Source: a bacterium
GTDB lineage: Bacteria; Oederibacteriota; JAAXVQ01; JAUVAV01
Assembly: GCA_021108215.1 (NCBI GenBank)
Contig: JAIORK010000037.1
Location: forward strand, 20,352-84,351
DNA length: 64,000 nt
Direction of reading: 5' to 3'
Part shown: positions 55,501 to 64,000 of the stretch, one piece after another
Layout of the letters: each line of letters opens with the position of its first letter
Position numbering within the stretch: the stretch's first letter is position 1
The notes under the pieces: model-generated
Seen by the model: only the letters and a program-made list of their open reading frames with translations
Told to the model about the DNA's origin: nothing
The model's database searches: none
Position numbers and translations under genes: made by a program

Positions 55501-58500
55501 GTCCTTTCAATTTCACCACGACTATCCTCCTGACCCCCACCATGTATTAACAATTGGTTATTTTTAATTATTTCTGCGTTAAGTCCCCCGCCTTTTATCC
55601 AATCCCAAACACAACAATCTTCTGAAAAATAATAATTACCAATTTGTGGCAGCGTAATGGCACCATCTTGTTTCCGCCATTGATTGTGCTGCTTCTGTTG
55701 TGATGATAAGATTTTTGTCGGTTCTTCTTCTGTATATACTTTTTGCTTTTTCCATTGATCCAATAAATTCCTGAGCATACTGATCATCGCACCTGATTCA
55801 TGTCCTGGGCCATACTGGTGCCATAACACTCTCATGAGTTTTTCAAGTCTTTCAATTGACCATCCTGTTTCTTGTCGCCACTGATTCAGGACAAATTCCG
55901 GAAGCATTTCTCGAACAGAAACACCAATATTATATGTATGATTCCCGCACAATTGCCGATCCCGCCAAAATTGGAGAGATGCTCCCGGCCCAAACGAAGG
56001 TTCTGTTTTTAACAGCAATGCACGAACATCTTCCGGTTTCATTTCATGCACCATCAAAGTCCTACTTTTTTTTATTTCCATTTCATTTGCAGATATCAAA
56101 CCCTGACTATAGTTTTCAAGCATTTTACTAAACTGTGCTATTGTTAATTGAGGTGACATAAATGAAATGAACATCTCCTCAATGGTCGGTTCCCTTGGAA
56201 GTTGTTTCCCTTTCACTGCTTGAAAAATATCTATACACTTTTCATGAAACAATGTACGTCTGCTATATCCTCCCGAAGCAATCCTCTGCACCAAACCATC
56301 AGCATACCGTTCCATGCCTTCTGCTTCTTCAACTACAGGGCTTCCACCACCCGGCCGTGGCCGAGTTGTAACAAATCTGGCGTTTCTCACTTTTGCCATA
56401 TTTTTCATGATCAGCACAATCTCTTTTTTTGTCTTCAGCCCAAATTTTTCAAAATATCCGTTTGCGAGCATTCGCGTGGATACCTCCAAATAATTATCCT
56501 CACAAATAACACCATTCTCAATAAAGTACTCCTCATTCAATAAAATCCGAAATGTCTCTTCCAAAGTTTCCAGACCATATCGATGACCTCTTCCCATAAG
56601 ATAAAAACATAGGATAACGAGTGCCTGTTTTTCCCGAGTCTGAACACGATCAAACTCTTGGGCATTGACTTTCAATAATCGGTTAAGCTCCTCATATTTT
56701 AGTTCATATTCCTTTGCCCATGTTTCACGCAGCCAATTGATCTCTTGGGACAAAATATCCTCACGAAATTCTTGCCAAAATAATGTTGTGCGCAATTTAT
56801 TTTGAATTTCATTTAATTCATGCATCGGTAGGATTGCATTTTCTTGGTTGATTTGCAGATATAAAGGATAGCGTGTCACAATAAGTTGAAACGCTTCAAA
56901 CGGTTTAGCATATTTACTCGTAAAATATTGTATCCATGGTTTATATTTTTCTGAAACATTCGCATCGTGCTTTACAATACGCATAAAATCGTTGAATGAT
57001 ATTTTTCGAAAGCCATGTTTCTCTAACTCAGCATTTACTTCCAGATGAATCCCCTGAATATCAGGTGGTGGTTGAAACTTTCCCGTTTTCAACAAACTTT
57101 TCAATTCCTGATACAATCGATTTCCGGGCCGATATCCGTAGAGTGACCACTTATATTTTAATATGATTGCTTCAATCTCTCTTGCTGAATAGGTTTGTAA
57201 TATTTTTCTTTTCAAGACCGACATGAGCTCATATTTTTCTAACAATCGATCTGTCTCTTCTGGTATATCCTTTTGATCCCCATAGGCTTGGTACGCCTGT
57301 TTATCCTGAAAAGACAACTCGCTCGCTTCAGCAAACTTCTGAAGTGCTTCTTGTATGGAACGGTTTTCTTCTGGAAAAATATGATGTCGCGTAATCATGT
57401 GCTGAAAACCTTTTAAAGAAAGATCAATTTCTTTGCTTGCAAGAAATATATTGAGCGAATTTCCGGATACCTTCGAGGTGGATTGCAATTGAATTTTATC
57501 ACTATTTGAATAAAATCCAATGACGGGCTCAAAAATTGGTTGACCGGAAAGACCAGTTTCAGATTCACACCCTTCGGTGGCCTGAGCTAAAAAATCGATA
57601 TATTGAATATAAAAAGCATTAAAAAGTAATTGCTCCCTATTTTCTTGAAAACAATCTCGCTCAGGAACGATAAAATTCATCAATCCTTCTTCATCCCAGC
57701 CATCACATTTCATCCCTTCTTTTAATCGATCAACGTAATACTCCAGTTGCGCTATATCATATTTCGCTAATATCGCCTGCACTTCATTAATATTCAAATG
57801 TAGGTTACTTATATAATTAAAGGCTTCAGTAATAAAAACTAAATACCAGTTGTAACGTGCCACTGCTTTAATATCTTCTGCTTTTTGATCAATTCCAAAA
57901 CGCAACAATTGAACAACACGTATTAAAAAATCAAAGCTAATATTCAAATCTTCACAAAATGCTTTCACAGCATAATAATCTCGAATATTCAAATGCGATT
58001 CATCCTGCCACAGCACTTTATGCTCAGATTCCAATCGGACATTTTCAATGGTTGCATAAGCATCACCTTGATGACTTTTGACGAATATTTTTAGTACACC
58101 ACCATCAATTTCATCAATATTGATTGAATTTCGTAAAAACGCATCATGTAAATCAACTTGTTGATATCCAAATGTGAAACGAGGATCAATTTTAATGCTT
58201 TGTCTTCCTTTAGGTGTCAAAACATCGATTTGGATGCTGGTATACCCCTTTTTTCCGGCGTATCTTCCAGAGCTGACAAACCTTAAAAATCGCATCGCTC
58301 GAATTGTTTTGGGTGACAGCTGCCATGCGATTAAACCCGGTCCGGTTAATGATGTTGTCGACAAATAGAAATTATTTTCACCACGTTTGTCCCTTTGGCG
58401 TGCTTTTTCGTACGCATGATAAAATAACTTTGATGGTTTTTTCTTTACAACCAACACACCTTTTTTAATAACAGCTAATTTATATGTTAGCGGTTGCCTT

Positions 58501-59366
58501 GCAACGGCATACTCGATTTTTTTTATACTTTGTATTTGATTTGGCGTATGCTTTTGTTCCGAAATCGCCAACGGTGCATGATAAGACAATGGACGCGTAA
58601 CATTTTTCGAAAAAGTGGTTGTGCTTAGATTCACCGCACTTCGTGGATTCCCTCTTTCATCCTTGGTTTGCTCTTCACTCGCATAATTCACACCTTGACG
58701 ACGCGAGACCGAAGATGTCTTAAATATAAGGTAATTCAATGATTGTTGAAGACTCGGAATTTTTACATCACCAAGTTCAAGGGGGGGCGTGAACAATGTA
58801 ATAACACCGGACAAGGCGAAAAATGGCAGTCGTGTCAATCCAGCTAAGCTAAATAGTGGTGCAATGAAAAGAAAACCAATCAGCAATACTATTTTAACTA
58901 TGCTAAAAACGAATGATTCCCCTTTTACTTGGCGCGCAATATTTTCATGAAAATATACGCATGCAGATGTCTTTTTCGGGGCTTCCAAAGCAACAACTTT
59001 ACTTGTTTTTTTTCTCACCCAAGCAAACAACATCATTGGTTGATATATAAAAATACTCAATAGCAATAAAGGCCCGAGATAAACAAAGAATAATACTGGA
59101 GCAACCGTTTCGGCCAATAGTACAGCAGACAAAATAATACCGAGCCACAACCATAAAAAATACCATCCAGAATATCTAAAACAATATTCACGCAATTTCG
59201 CACTGAGTATTAAACCTGCAACGACCATACTCACTAAAATCCAGATAAACATTGAAAGTCGAGAATTATGAAACCAATAAATACTCACAACTACTAATTG
59301 AACACTTAAAACGCCCAGTAAACCGGCAGTCAAACAACGTAAAGCAAGCATTGATAAGTTCTTCAT
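52572..59366 (-). CDS. Giant 2264-aa membrane-anchored protein, function unknown
   Basis: This is a single uninterrupted 6.8-kb ORF. It has an N-terminal cluster of about 5-6 hydrophobic helices and a second TM pair near aa 1930-1990 (WGVVVIILGVMMLFYIII and IPIVFIAMSFVFWVFL). Several beta-rich modules are separated by helical regions. I recognised no catalytic motif. Confidence 0.55.
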   Translation of the reverse strand: MKNLSMLALRCLTAGLLGVLSVQLVVVSIYWFHNSRLSMFIWILVSMVVAGLILSAKLREYCFRYSGWYFLWLWLGIILSAVLLAETVAPVLFFVYLGPLLLLSIFIYQPMMLFAWVRKKTSKVVALEAPKKTSACVYFHENIARQVKGESFVFSIVKIVLLIGFLFIAPLFSLAGLTRLPFFALSGVITLFTPPLELGDVKIPSLQQSLNYLIFKTSSVSRRQGVNYASEEQTKDERGNPRSAVNLSTTTFSKNVTRPLSYHAPLAISEQKHTPNQIQSIKKIEYAVARQPLTYKLAVIKKGVLVVKKKPSKLFYHAYEKARQRDKRGENNFYLSTTSLTGPGLIAWQLSPKTIRAMRFLRFVSSGRYAGKKGYTSIQIDVLTPKGRQSIKIDPRFTFGYQQVDLHDAFLRNSINIDEIDGGVLKIFVKSHQGDAYATIENVRLESEHKVLWQDESHLNIRDYYAVKAFCEDLNISFDFLIRVVQLLRFGIDQKAEDIKAVARYNWYLVFITEAFNYISNLHLNINEVQAILAKYDIAQLEYYVDRLKEGMKCDGWDEEGLMNFIVPERDCFQENREQLLFNAFYIQYIDFLAQATEGCESETGLSGQPIFEPVIGFYSNSDKIQLQSTSKVSGNSLNIFLASKEIDLSLKGFQHMITRHHIFPEENRSIQEALQKFAEASELSFQDKQAYQAYGDQKDIPEETDRLLEKYELMSVLKRKILQTYSAREIEAIILKYKWSLYGYRPGNRLYQELKSLLKTGKFQPPPDIQGIHLEVNAELEKHGFRKISFNDFMRIVKHDANVSEKYKPWIQYFTSKYAKPFEAFQLIVTRYPLYLQINQENAILPMHELNEIQNKLRTTLFWQEFREDILSQEINWLRETWAKEYELKYEELNRLLKVNAQEFDRVQTREKQALVILCFYLMGRGHRYGLETLEETFRILLNEEYFIENGVICEDNYLEVSTRMLANGYFEKFGLKTKKEIVLIMKNMAKVRNARFVTTRPRPGGGSPVVEEAEGMERYADGLVQRIASGGYSRRTLFHEKCIDIFQAVKGKQLPREPTIEEMFISFMSPQLTIAQFSKMLENYSQGLISANEMEIKKSRTLMVHEMKPEDVRALLLKTEPSFGPGASLQFWRDRQLCGNHTYNIGVSVREMLPEFVLNQWRQETGWSIERLEKLMRVLWHQYGPGHESGAMISMLRNLLDQWKKQKVYTEEEPTKILSSQQKQHNQWRKQDGAITLPQIGNYYFSEDCCVWDWIKGGGLNAEIIKNNQLLIHGGGQEDSRGEIERTMILPPGHHILTIQINKLVPTQHMYLKVYHDAYRQKIFQMARTERNRTLQRDFGAALPRGGASKVKHEKTSEEVLPWVQTVMASPGIYYINLPEKKMSEANGCIRLVLGLAESIGSSEKSGKREDLKKQSKANNKSQNKKELWAIIEGIQLRKKSVLPEKFGNILSYEKGINLIFREGVIDPKAEIYITPFQNHFVLPDALSEISCGATLDFYQGNQGQMKLAVRGTESKDQPNQFSNIQDKKKGVLRTSAEQPSDYPRNYGYIYRTVILRKIPKYIWVDVEERTPLVNGWIIIESEGKNNRRQKNKAVYIKLKPKLTPGSHVYQLDWKFIEKHFKLDKATGLYHLVFKIGIETTSPELSIQNSRVILRTLKLLFSEEDLEFVMQSGGRNGQPPFFGMNTQDPLRRIIRIKKGAEGKLQPYAPYRVKNVRKILPLKKTEYPDLEKIHSLHDESSINDMVHRYLVIGTSFELITLNTKKTLRMQADTIMFNHRHGKHPEHDVAIVGLDRGSINSMKPLMRYLLENDHWGLNYIICGNNGYADVLAATGWDLVGNYPGIHFWAGPLTIWHKPSKTIALDELNPDSRSMLGLTIHPDASRRRNMIKESFFSNLTGKEDLPGKIQNIVKAWKGFGPLWGVVVIILGVMMLFYIIIKYKSMQIRLRMKHRIPIVFIAMSFVFWVFLHFEARSWNYIWDLSMYQSECIYPYQLTRYIGDSPFYRGALGHYNPWVFKLVAIGQNIRDRLQGKQRSYIEQTGEKEYYFDDSNRLIDYLNYFLPKPYTIAEFNTMAKNMQYDSFQDFINTGSIRADQLAYFIASYGDLVLKMPAPKAEKISDKKAAMILREVVDLEYWRKQINHDLSRFYGANQWEYYLTHRDFKRVLARAGIFIRQGSFKGLKTYGELYHSIIKHLGCYAYPVHHLPKLGLPRIHQENYQMLSLEDQIILERYAKQAGFEGVRDFLKGIPHCEEINELLKKFRP

Positions 59367-59384
59367 CCTTTTTCATTCACCTAC

Positions 59385-60191
59385 TTATGGATTGACTAAT
59401 CTATATAAAGGAATTTTCATCGATACAGACCATTCATTTCTTATCGAATCACTTTCATGATATTGATTCAAACCTACACCGAATTCAATTCCTGTATGAT
59501 CCAAATGCAAACGTATACCTTGTGTTGTCACCATCTGTAATGCACTGTCTTGTCGGCCATTTTCATGAAAATCCATCCACCCGCTTCCTTCTGCATACAG
59601 ACCACCAAAAATTCGAAAATCGACTTGCATGATTCGATAGGATATATAGATCTCGCCACCGACTCGAAATGCCGCTTGATGCTGTGGATGTTTATACCGA
59701 ATAACCTGCGGCATATAACGGACAAAATTATGTATCTGTATGATCCCGCCGATATTTGATGTATCATTGTTTGCCCATAAATATCCAAAACCAATTTGCC
59801 CATTAAATGCGGCATAAGTATACGGTTGTTCCTGTAAAAAATTTATATGGAGAGATACATCTGTTTTCTGTGTATAAATATTGTTAGACTGAAAAAGAAT
59901 CCGCTCTTGATAATTCCGAAAAGGAATATAAGTACCTTCTAAAAATAAATTTTTATCCAAAAAACCTATTAGACTGAATACGTTTTCCGAATAGATTGTT
60001 TGCAAATAAAGGCTTTTTGATAGCGAGTCAAATGTCATCGTTGATTGCTGAACATATTGCCAACCTGCCTTTGCAAAACTTGTAGATGGTGTGTTTGAAT
60101 TTTCAGAAAAAACAGATGCCGTGGTAGAAAATAAAAATCCAATACCTAAGCAAATAACCATTATTATATTTTTACTTAAACTCGTCGACAT
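59385..60191 (-). CDS. Barrel-like outer-membrane protein candidate, function unknown
   Basis: The start is trimmed to MSTSLSKNIIMVICLGIGFLFSTTASVFS. It is aromatic-rich with alternating beta-strand pattern throughout. It is separated by 18 nt from the giant ORF start. Confidence 0.4.
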   Translation of the reverse strand: MSTSLSKNIIMVICLGIGFLFSTTASVFSENSNTPSTSFAKAGWQYVQQSTMTFDSLSKSLYLQTIYSENVFSLIGFLDKNLFLEGTYIPFRNYQERILFQSNNIYTQKTDVSLHINFLQEQPYTYAAFNGQIGFGYLWANNDTSNIGGIIQIHNFVRYMPQVIRYKHPQHQAAFRVGGEIYISYRIMQVDFRIFGGLYAEGSGWMDFHENGRQDSALQMVTTQGIRLHLDHTGIEFGVGLNQYHESDSIRNEWSVSMKIPLYRLVNP

Positions 60192-60499
60192 TTCCTCTTC
60201 TTTGATTGTTAAGGGGCCGATGAAAAAAACCATTGTCATCTTCCTCTATTAATTAATCCTGTCTGAATTCAAGTTAATATTAAACCGCATGATCATTTCC
60301 ATTCATGCAAATAACACATTAACATTTCCGCATCGCCCAACTCATGGTATTCCATTGTAAAGCATACATAATATAGACGTCTCAATCAGTAAAAATATTT
60401 GTTTTTTAGGCATTTTTACCATCACAAGGGATTCCAGATAGACAAACTCAATTTGAAAGAGCCCCCAATATGAGGCAGTCTTATGACTTACTTAAATAA

Positions 60500-61468
60500 T
60501 TAATGTTGTAACTGTTCGGTACGAGAGTGTCGTGCAAAACGCACACAATTACGTCCAGCCCGTTTGGCCCGATAAAGCGCTTTATCCGCCGCATCCACCA
60601 ATTCCTCCGGCACCTTTCCATCATTCGGAAATGTCGCGACACCCACTGACATGGTAATAATTTGCAAAATCCCAGATTCATTTTTTCCAAATTGCTGCTT
60701 CTCAAATTTTTTATGCAGCCGATGGGCAAAAACCAACGCCTCTTTATGATTTGTCTCCGGAAGAATAAGGGCAAATTCATCACCGCCATAACGTGCCACC
60801 GTATCCGCTTCGCGGCTATGTCCTTTAAAAAATCCGGCAATTTCACGCAATAAAATGTCACCCTTCATATGTCCTAAACTATCGTTATATATTTTAAAAT
60901 GGTCCAAATCAATAAACAACAGACTAAAGGTCCGGTTATACCGTTGGCAGCGTGCCAATTCATCACGCAGATTTTCCTGAAAATAACGGTGGTTGTACAA
61001 CCCGGTGAGTCCATCTTCATTGACAAACAACAATAAACAATCCAAATCTTTTTCCGGGAGCATTTTCAAATCTTTTCCCTGCCCTGAATAATTATTCAGA
61101 TAATCCAATACCGCTACTTTGATCCCGACATTCCGCCCTAGCTTTTCAGACATATAATACTTATGTAAAATAATTTCCTGCCAAAGCTGCTTCGCCTCTT
61201 GGGGTGAAAACTGCTTATGCGTCAGCGCCTGCAGCAGATCAATATAAAGTTCGTCCCCTTTGCTTGTGCGGAGGTTCTCCATGGGTTCCCAGAGATCACG
61301 CGGAATTTTGTCCACATCGCCGGCAAAATAATCCAGTACCGCCTTATCCTTGGACATCCAGCGCACAAACTGCTTGGCTTCCTGAATCGTGGAAGTGGAG
61401 CGCATGCAAAATTTATTATCCCTGCTGGATTGTTGCAGCTCAACTGCCACCGCTTTTTTATTTCTCAT
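60500..61468 (-). CDS. Diguanylate cyclase (GGDEF) with an intact I-site and an N-terminal domain of unknown type
   Basis: LTGLYNHRYF, FIDLDHFKIYND and READTVARYGGDEFALIL give an RxxD I-site five residues before GGDEF. Confidence 0.85.
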   Translation of the reverse strand: MRNKKAVAVELQQSSRDNKFCMRSTSTIQEAKQFVRWMSKDKAVLDYFAGDVDKIPRDLWEPMENLRTSKGDELYIDLLQALTHKQFSPQEAKQLWQEIILHKYYMSEKLGRNVGIKVAVLDYLNNYSGQGKDLKMLPEKDLDCLLLFVNEDGLTGLYNHRYFQENLRDELARCQRYNRTFSLLFIDLDHFKIYNDSLGHMKGDILLREIAGFFKGHSREADTVARYGGDEFALILPETNHKEALVFAHRLHKKFEKQQFGKNESGILQIITMSVGVATFPNDGKVPEELVDAADKALYRAKRAGRNCVRFARHSRTEQLQH

Positions 61469-61581
61469 CCTGGTTGAATTTCCCCCGCCTGATTATTCAT
61501 GACTATTCAATTTCCCCTCTCATGTCACGCAGTTAAAGCCGGGCTTGCCTGGCGAATGCCGGAAAATTCACGATTAACATA

Positions 61582-62979
61582 TTAAACTTGGAAAAAGTGT
61601 TGATAGCATCGATAGGCAAAGTACACATCCACTTTGCTGGCCAATTCCTGCGTCGAATGCATTGAAAGCAAGGGAGGACCAACATCAATGGTGTCCATTC
61701 CGTAACGTGAAAGATACATTGCTATTGTACCCCCGCCGCCGAGGTCCAGTCGACCAAATTCTCCGGTCTGCCACTTTATTTTCTGTTTTTCCAGCAGCCG
61801 GGTCAACCAGCTCATATAGTCTCCGGACGCCTCATTGGTGGAATATTTCCCGCCCCCGCCGCCATATTTTTCAATCGAAACACCGCCGCCCAACCGGGAG
61901 CTGTTTCTTACATCGCTAATTTCCTTAAAATTAGGATTCAATGCCTCGGTGACATCCGCGCTAAGCGCAGTGGCGGATTCAAGAATTGCGGCAGTGCTTT
62001 TTTTCAGACGAAGCTTTTGCCGTATCTCTTCTGTAAAAATATCCAGCAAGCGACTTTGCGCAGAGGTATCCCCGAAAGAACCAATCTCTTCTTTATCCAC
62101 AAACAGAGCCACGGCAACACCCTGCGGGTCCGCAGATTGACAAGCTGCTTCCAGGGTCGCAAAAACACAGGCGCGGTCATCCTGGCCATACGCTGCCAGA
62201 CATGATTGGTCAAACCCAACATCAACCGGTGCCGCCGCCGGAACAAAACTTATATCCGCCGTCAAAAAATCTTTCTCCACGATTCCGTATTTTTTGTGAA
62301 GCCAATCAAGTACTGCCAGTTTGACTTTCTCGTTTTCCTTGGTCTTGGGCAGCGGCCGGTTGCCGACCACAATTCGAAGTTGCTCGCCGAGTACTGCTTC
62401 CCGGGCGCTTTTCGCCATTTGTTCCTTTCCCAAATGCGGGGGCATGTCCGGTATCATAAATCTTGGTTCCCCCTCTTTTTCCCCTACCACAAATGTGCGC
62501 ACACCCTGTCGGGTATGAATCACTGCATGCATACTCAAAGGAACATTCACCCATTGGTATTTTTTAATCCCGCCGTAATAGTGCGTTTGCAACATGGCGA
62601 GATTACCGTCTTCAAACAGTGGATTGGGCTTTAAATCCAGACGCGGACTATCCACATGAGAACCGACAATACGCCAGGGTTGCTGCGGGTTTCCAATCCG
62701 GGCGGCAATCAAAGCCCTACCTTTGATATTTTTATAGACCCGATCACCTTTGCTTAAGGTCTGAAGACGGTGCAATGGTTTGAACTTTTCCCGTTGCAGC
62801 CGTTTTTCAATAATTTCAATACATTCCCGCTCGGTCTTCGCGCTGCCTAAAAAACGTTTGTAAGCTTGGGCATACGCATCAATCGCTTTGGTTTCCGCCG
62901 GGGTGCAATTTTCCCATGCAGAAACAGGTCGAAAAAGAAGATCCTTATAGTGCGTACGGCTATTTGTTTTTACTTTCAT
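61582..62979 (-). CDS. M18-family aminopeptidase
   Basis: GSHVDSPRLDLKPNP, HYYGGIKKYQW, DDRACVF, FVDKEEIGS and LSMHS match M18 (aspartyl aminopeptidase/aminopeptidase I) signatures. Confidence 0.75.
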   Translation of the reverse strand: MKVKTNSRTHYKDLLFRPVSAWENCTPAETKAIDAYAQAYKRFLGSAKTERECIEIIEKRLQREKFKPLHRLQTLSKGDRVYKNIKGRALIAARIGNPQQPWRIVGSHVDSPRLDLKPNPLFEDGNLAMLQTHYYGGIKKYQWVNVPLSMHAVIHTRQGVRTFVVGEKEGEPRFMIPDMPPHLGKEQMAKSAREAVLGEQLRIVVGNRPLPKTKENEKVKLAVLDWLHKKYGIVEKDFLTADISFVPAAAPVDVGFDQSCLAAYGQDDRACVFATLEAACQSADPQGVAVALFVDKEEIGSFGDTSAQSRLLDIFTEEIRQKLRLKKSTAAILESATALSADVTEALNPNFKEISDVRNSSRLGGGVSIEKYGGGGGKYSTNEASGDYMSWLTRLLEKQKIKWQTGEFGRLDLGGGGTIAMYLSRYGMDTIDVGPPLLSMHSTQELASKVDVYFAYRCYQHFFQV

Positions 62980-63021
62980 GGCACCTGCCTCATTGATCGA
63001 TTTGATTATGCTTGAACTGAC

Positions 63022-63183
63022 TTAGTGTTTCAAAAGTGTTCTTACGGCGATCATACCACCCTTAAAATTACGCAGGTTGTTAAATCCATGGCATCGTAAA
63101 AAAGACACCGCATGTCCGGAGCGATTGCCGCTCCGGCAGATAACGACAACTTTTTTATCAACTGACGGACATCCCGTAAAAAA
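63022..63183 (-). pseudogene. C-terminal fragment of a rhodanese-domain gene; the N-terminal half is replaced by a family-2 repeat
   Basis: The frame ending at the TAA (63022-63024) reads FFTGCPSVDKKVVVICRSGNRSGHAVSFLRCHGFNNLRNFKGGMIAVRTLLKH. This contains the CRSGNRS active-site loop and GG..A, but no in-frame start. Upstream the frame hits a stop inside the repeat at 63201-63314. Confidence 0.5.
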
Positions 63184-63200
63184 TCCGCCGCTGCAAAAAC

Positions 63201-63314
63201 CACAATAAGATAAAAATCCACGGGCTTACCCGGCACCCGGCATTCGCCGGGCAAGTTACGCCGGGCAAGTACGCCGGACAGGCTGTCCATCGTGTTCGCG
63301 CCGGAACGATAAAC
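63201..63314. repeat. ~110-bp interspersed repeat, family 2, copy 2
   Basis: cacaataagataaaaatccacgggcttacccggcacccggcattcgccgggcaagttacgccgggcaagtacgccggacaggctgtccatcgtgttcgcgccggaacgataaac aligns with 25261-25372. Confidence 0.7.
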
Positions 63315-63402
63315 TTTCATCGAATCCTCCCGGCGGTTATTCCAAGCATTAACTATTTTTCAAATACGGACGATATGAACCACACATGGTTAACCGACAG
63401 GT

Positions 63403-63825
63403 TTACTGGAACGTGCAGGACTTGCAAATACCGATAAACTCAATACTGGTTTTTTCAATCCGATGACCATCCGTTTGGAGTTTTTTTTGAACCAGACAGC
63501 AATTTTCCTCTAAATCAAAATCATAAATTCGTTCGCACTGCCTGCAATAAAAATGCGCGTGCGGTTCTATAAATGCATCATAATGGGTTTCCCGCTGCCC
63601 AACGTTAATACTAATAATTTTCCCTTGGGTTTCCAGAATCTCCAAATTACGATAAACGGTCCCCAGTGAAAGATTGGGAATCGCGGGACGCAAATCAGCA
63701 TAAATATCAGCTGCCACGGGATGATCTTGACGATTTGATAAATTATTCAGAACCGCCTTACGTTGGTGACTCTCGCGGAAGATAGGCATAATGCTTTTAC
63801 TATTCCTTATAGTTTGATTTCCCAT
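63403..63825 (-). CDS. Fur-family metalloregulator
   Basis: It has GTVYRNLEILETQGKI (winged helix), HAHFYCRQCERIYD (HxH plus CxxC) and a C-terminal CKSC. The start may be the internal MPIFRE at 63789, because 63825 overlaps the upstream gene by 19 nt. Confidence 0.8.
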   Translation of the reverse strand: MGNQTIRNSKSIMPIFRESHQRKAVLNNLSNRQDHPVAADIYADLRPAIPNLSLGTVYRNLEILETQGKIISINVGQRETHYDAFIEPHAHFYCRQCERIYDFDLEENCCLVQKKLQTDGHRIEKTSIEFIGICKSCTFQ

Positions 63826-64000
63826 CCCTCACGCGCCAAATGGGTTTTTGCAAACTGCTTGCGCGCAGGTGCAAGTATTTTTTTCTCTAAAAAACCGTCC
63901 GTATGGAGTTGATCATGATGATAGAGATGGAGCCGCTTCACCTTGGCGGCCTTGGCCAGTGCAACCCCCTGCTCCCAGGTACTGTGCCCCCAGCCTTGCC
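63807..64000 (-). CDS. C-terminal end of an MBL-fold metallo-hydrolase-like protein (the N-terminus lies beyond the window end)
   Basis: The minus frame reads ...QGWGHSTWEQGVALAKAAKVKRLHLYHHDQLHTDGFLEKKILAPARKQFAKTHLAREGWEIKL then stops. GHST...L.L.HHD is typical of the C-terminal part of beta-lactamase-fold hydrolases. Confidence 0.45.
   Translation of the reverse strand, partial: QGWGHSTWEQGVALAKAAKVKRLHLYHHDQLHTDGFLEKKILAPARKQFAKTHLAREGWEIKL

Overview
This 64 kb window looks like it comes from an uncultivated diderm bacterium. The evidence is Sec signal peptides, lipoboxes, outer-membrane barrels ending in Phe, a TolC-like protein, a FlgD/T9SS-type C-terminal domain and sigma54 machinery. 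There are roughly 55 protein genes, nearly all on the minus strand. I saw no rRNA, tRNA or CRISPR array by eye. All functional calls are motif recognition by eye; no database search or computation was run.

Layout, left to right:
(1) 1-7.9 kb: a transglutaminase-like/TPR protein that runs off the window (absent from the ORF track), a REP-associated tyrosine transposase (RAYT), an OM barrel, two tandemly duplicated LamG lipoproteins and two small exported proteins.
(2) 7.9-17.1 kb: eight Sec-exported tail-fibre/tail-collar-like paralogs. They share a conserved N-terminal module and carry one of two unrelated C-terminal tips. The array is interrupted by an AAA ATPase gene and an MNT/HEPN pair, and contains one truncated paralog.
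(3) 17.2-19.1 kb: a small protein with a FlgD/T9SS-like C-terminal domain and a FadL/PorV-like barrel.
(4) 19.2-24.9 kb: a CsgG-family lipoprotein, a small secreted protein, two Asn/Gly-rich repeat (beta-solenoid-like) proteins, an ECF sigma factor and a receiver. A sigma54-type promoter precedes them. Upstream at 25.4-32.2 kb lie an NtrC-type activator, a histidine kinase, an SBP-like protein, a TolC-like protein and an OM protein.
(5) 32.7-45.8 kb: mixed housekeeping and signalling genes. These are PIN-PhoH, IlvE, three tandem PilZ genes, a Na/Pi transporter, a 1019-aa polytopic membrane protein, a degenerate LytM, a fourth PilZ and a divergent EF-G paralog.
(6) 45.9-60.3 kb: a sharply AT-rich island with a methyltransferase, two glycosyltransferases, an 819-aa secreted protein, a 2264-aa giant membrane protein and a barrel-like protein.
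(7) 60.5-64 kb: GGDEF cyclase, M18 aminopeptidase, a broken rhodanese, Fur and an MBL hydrolase fragment.

GTAG-type REP palindromes, plausibly cognate to the RAYT, are interspersed through the window, along with a second ~110-bp repeat family.

The best candidates for a previously undescribed system are, in order: block 4 (a curli/holdfast-like fibre secretion locus under a sigma54 to ECF cascade), block 2 (a non-phage tail-fibre cassette array), and the orphan giant-protein island in block 6.
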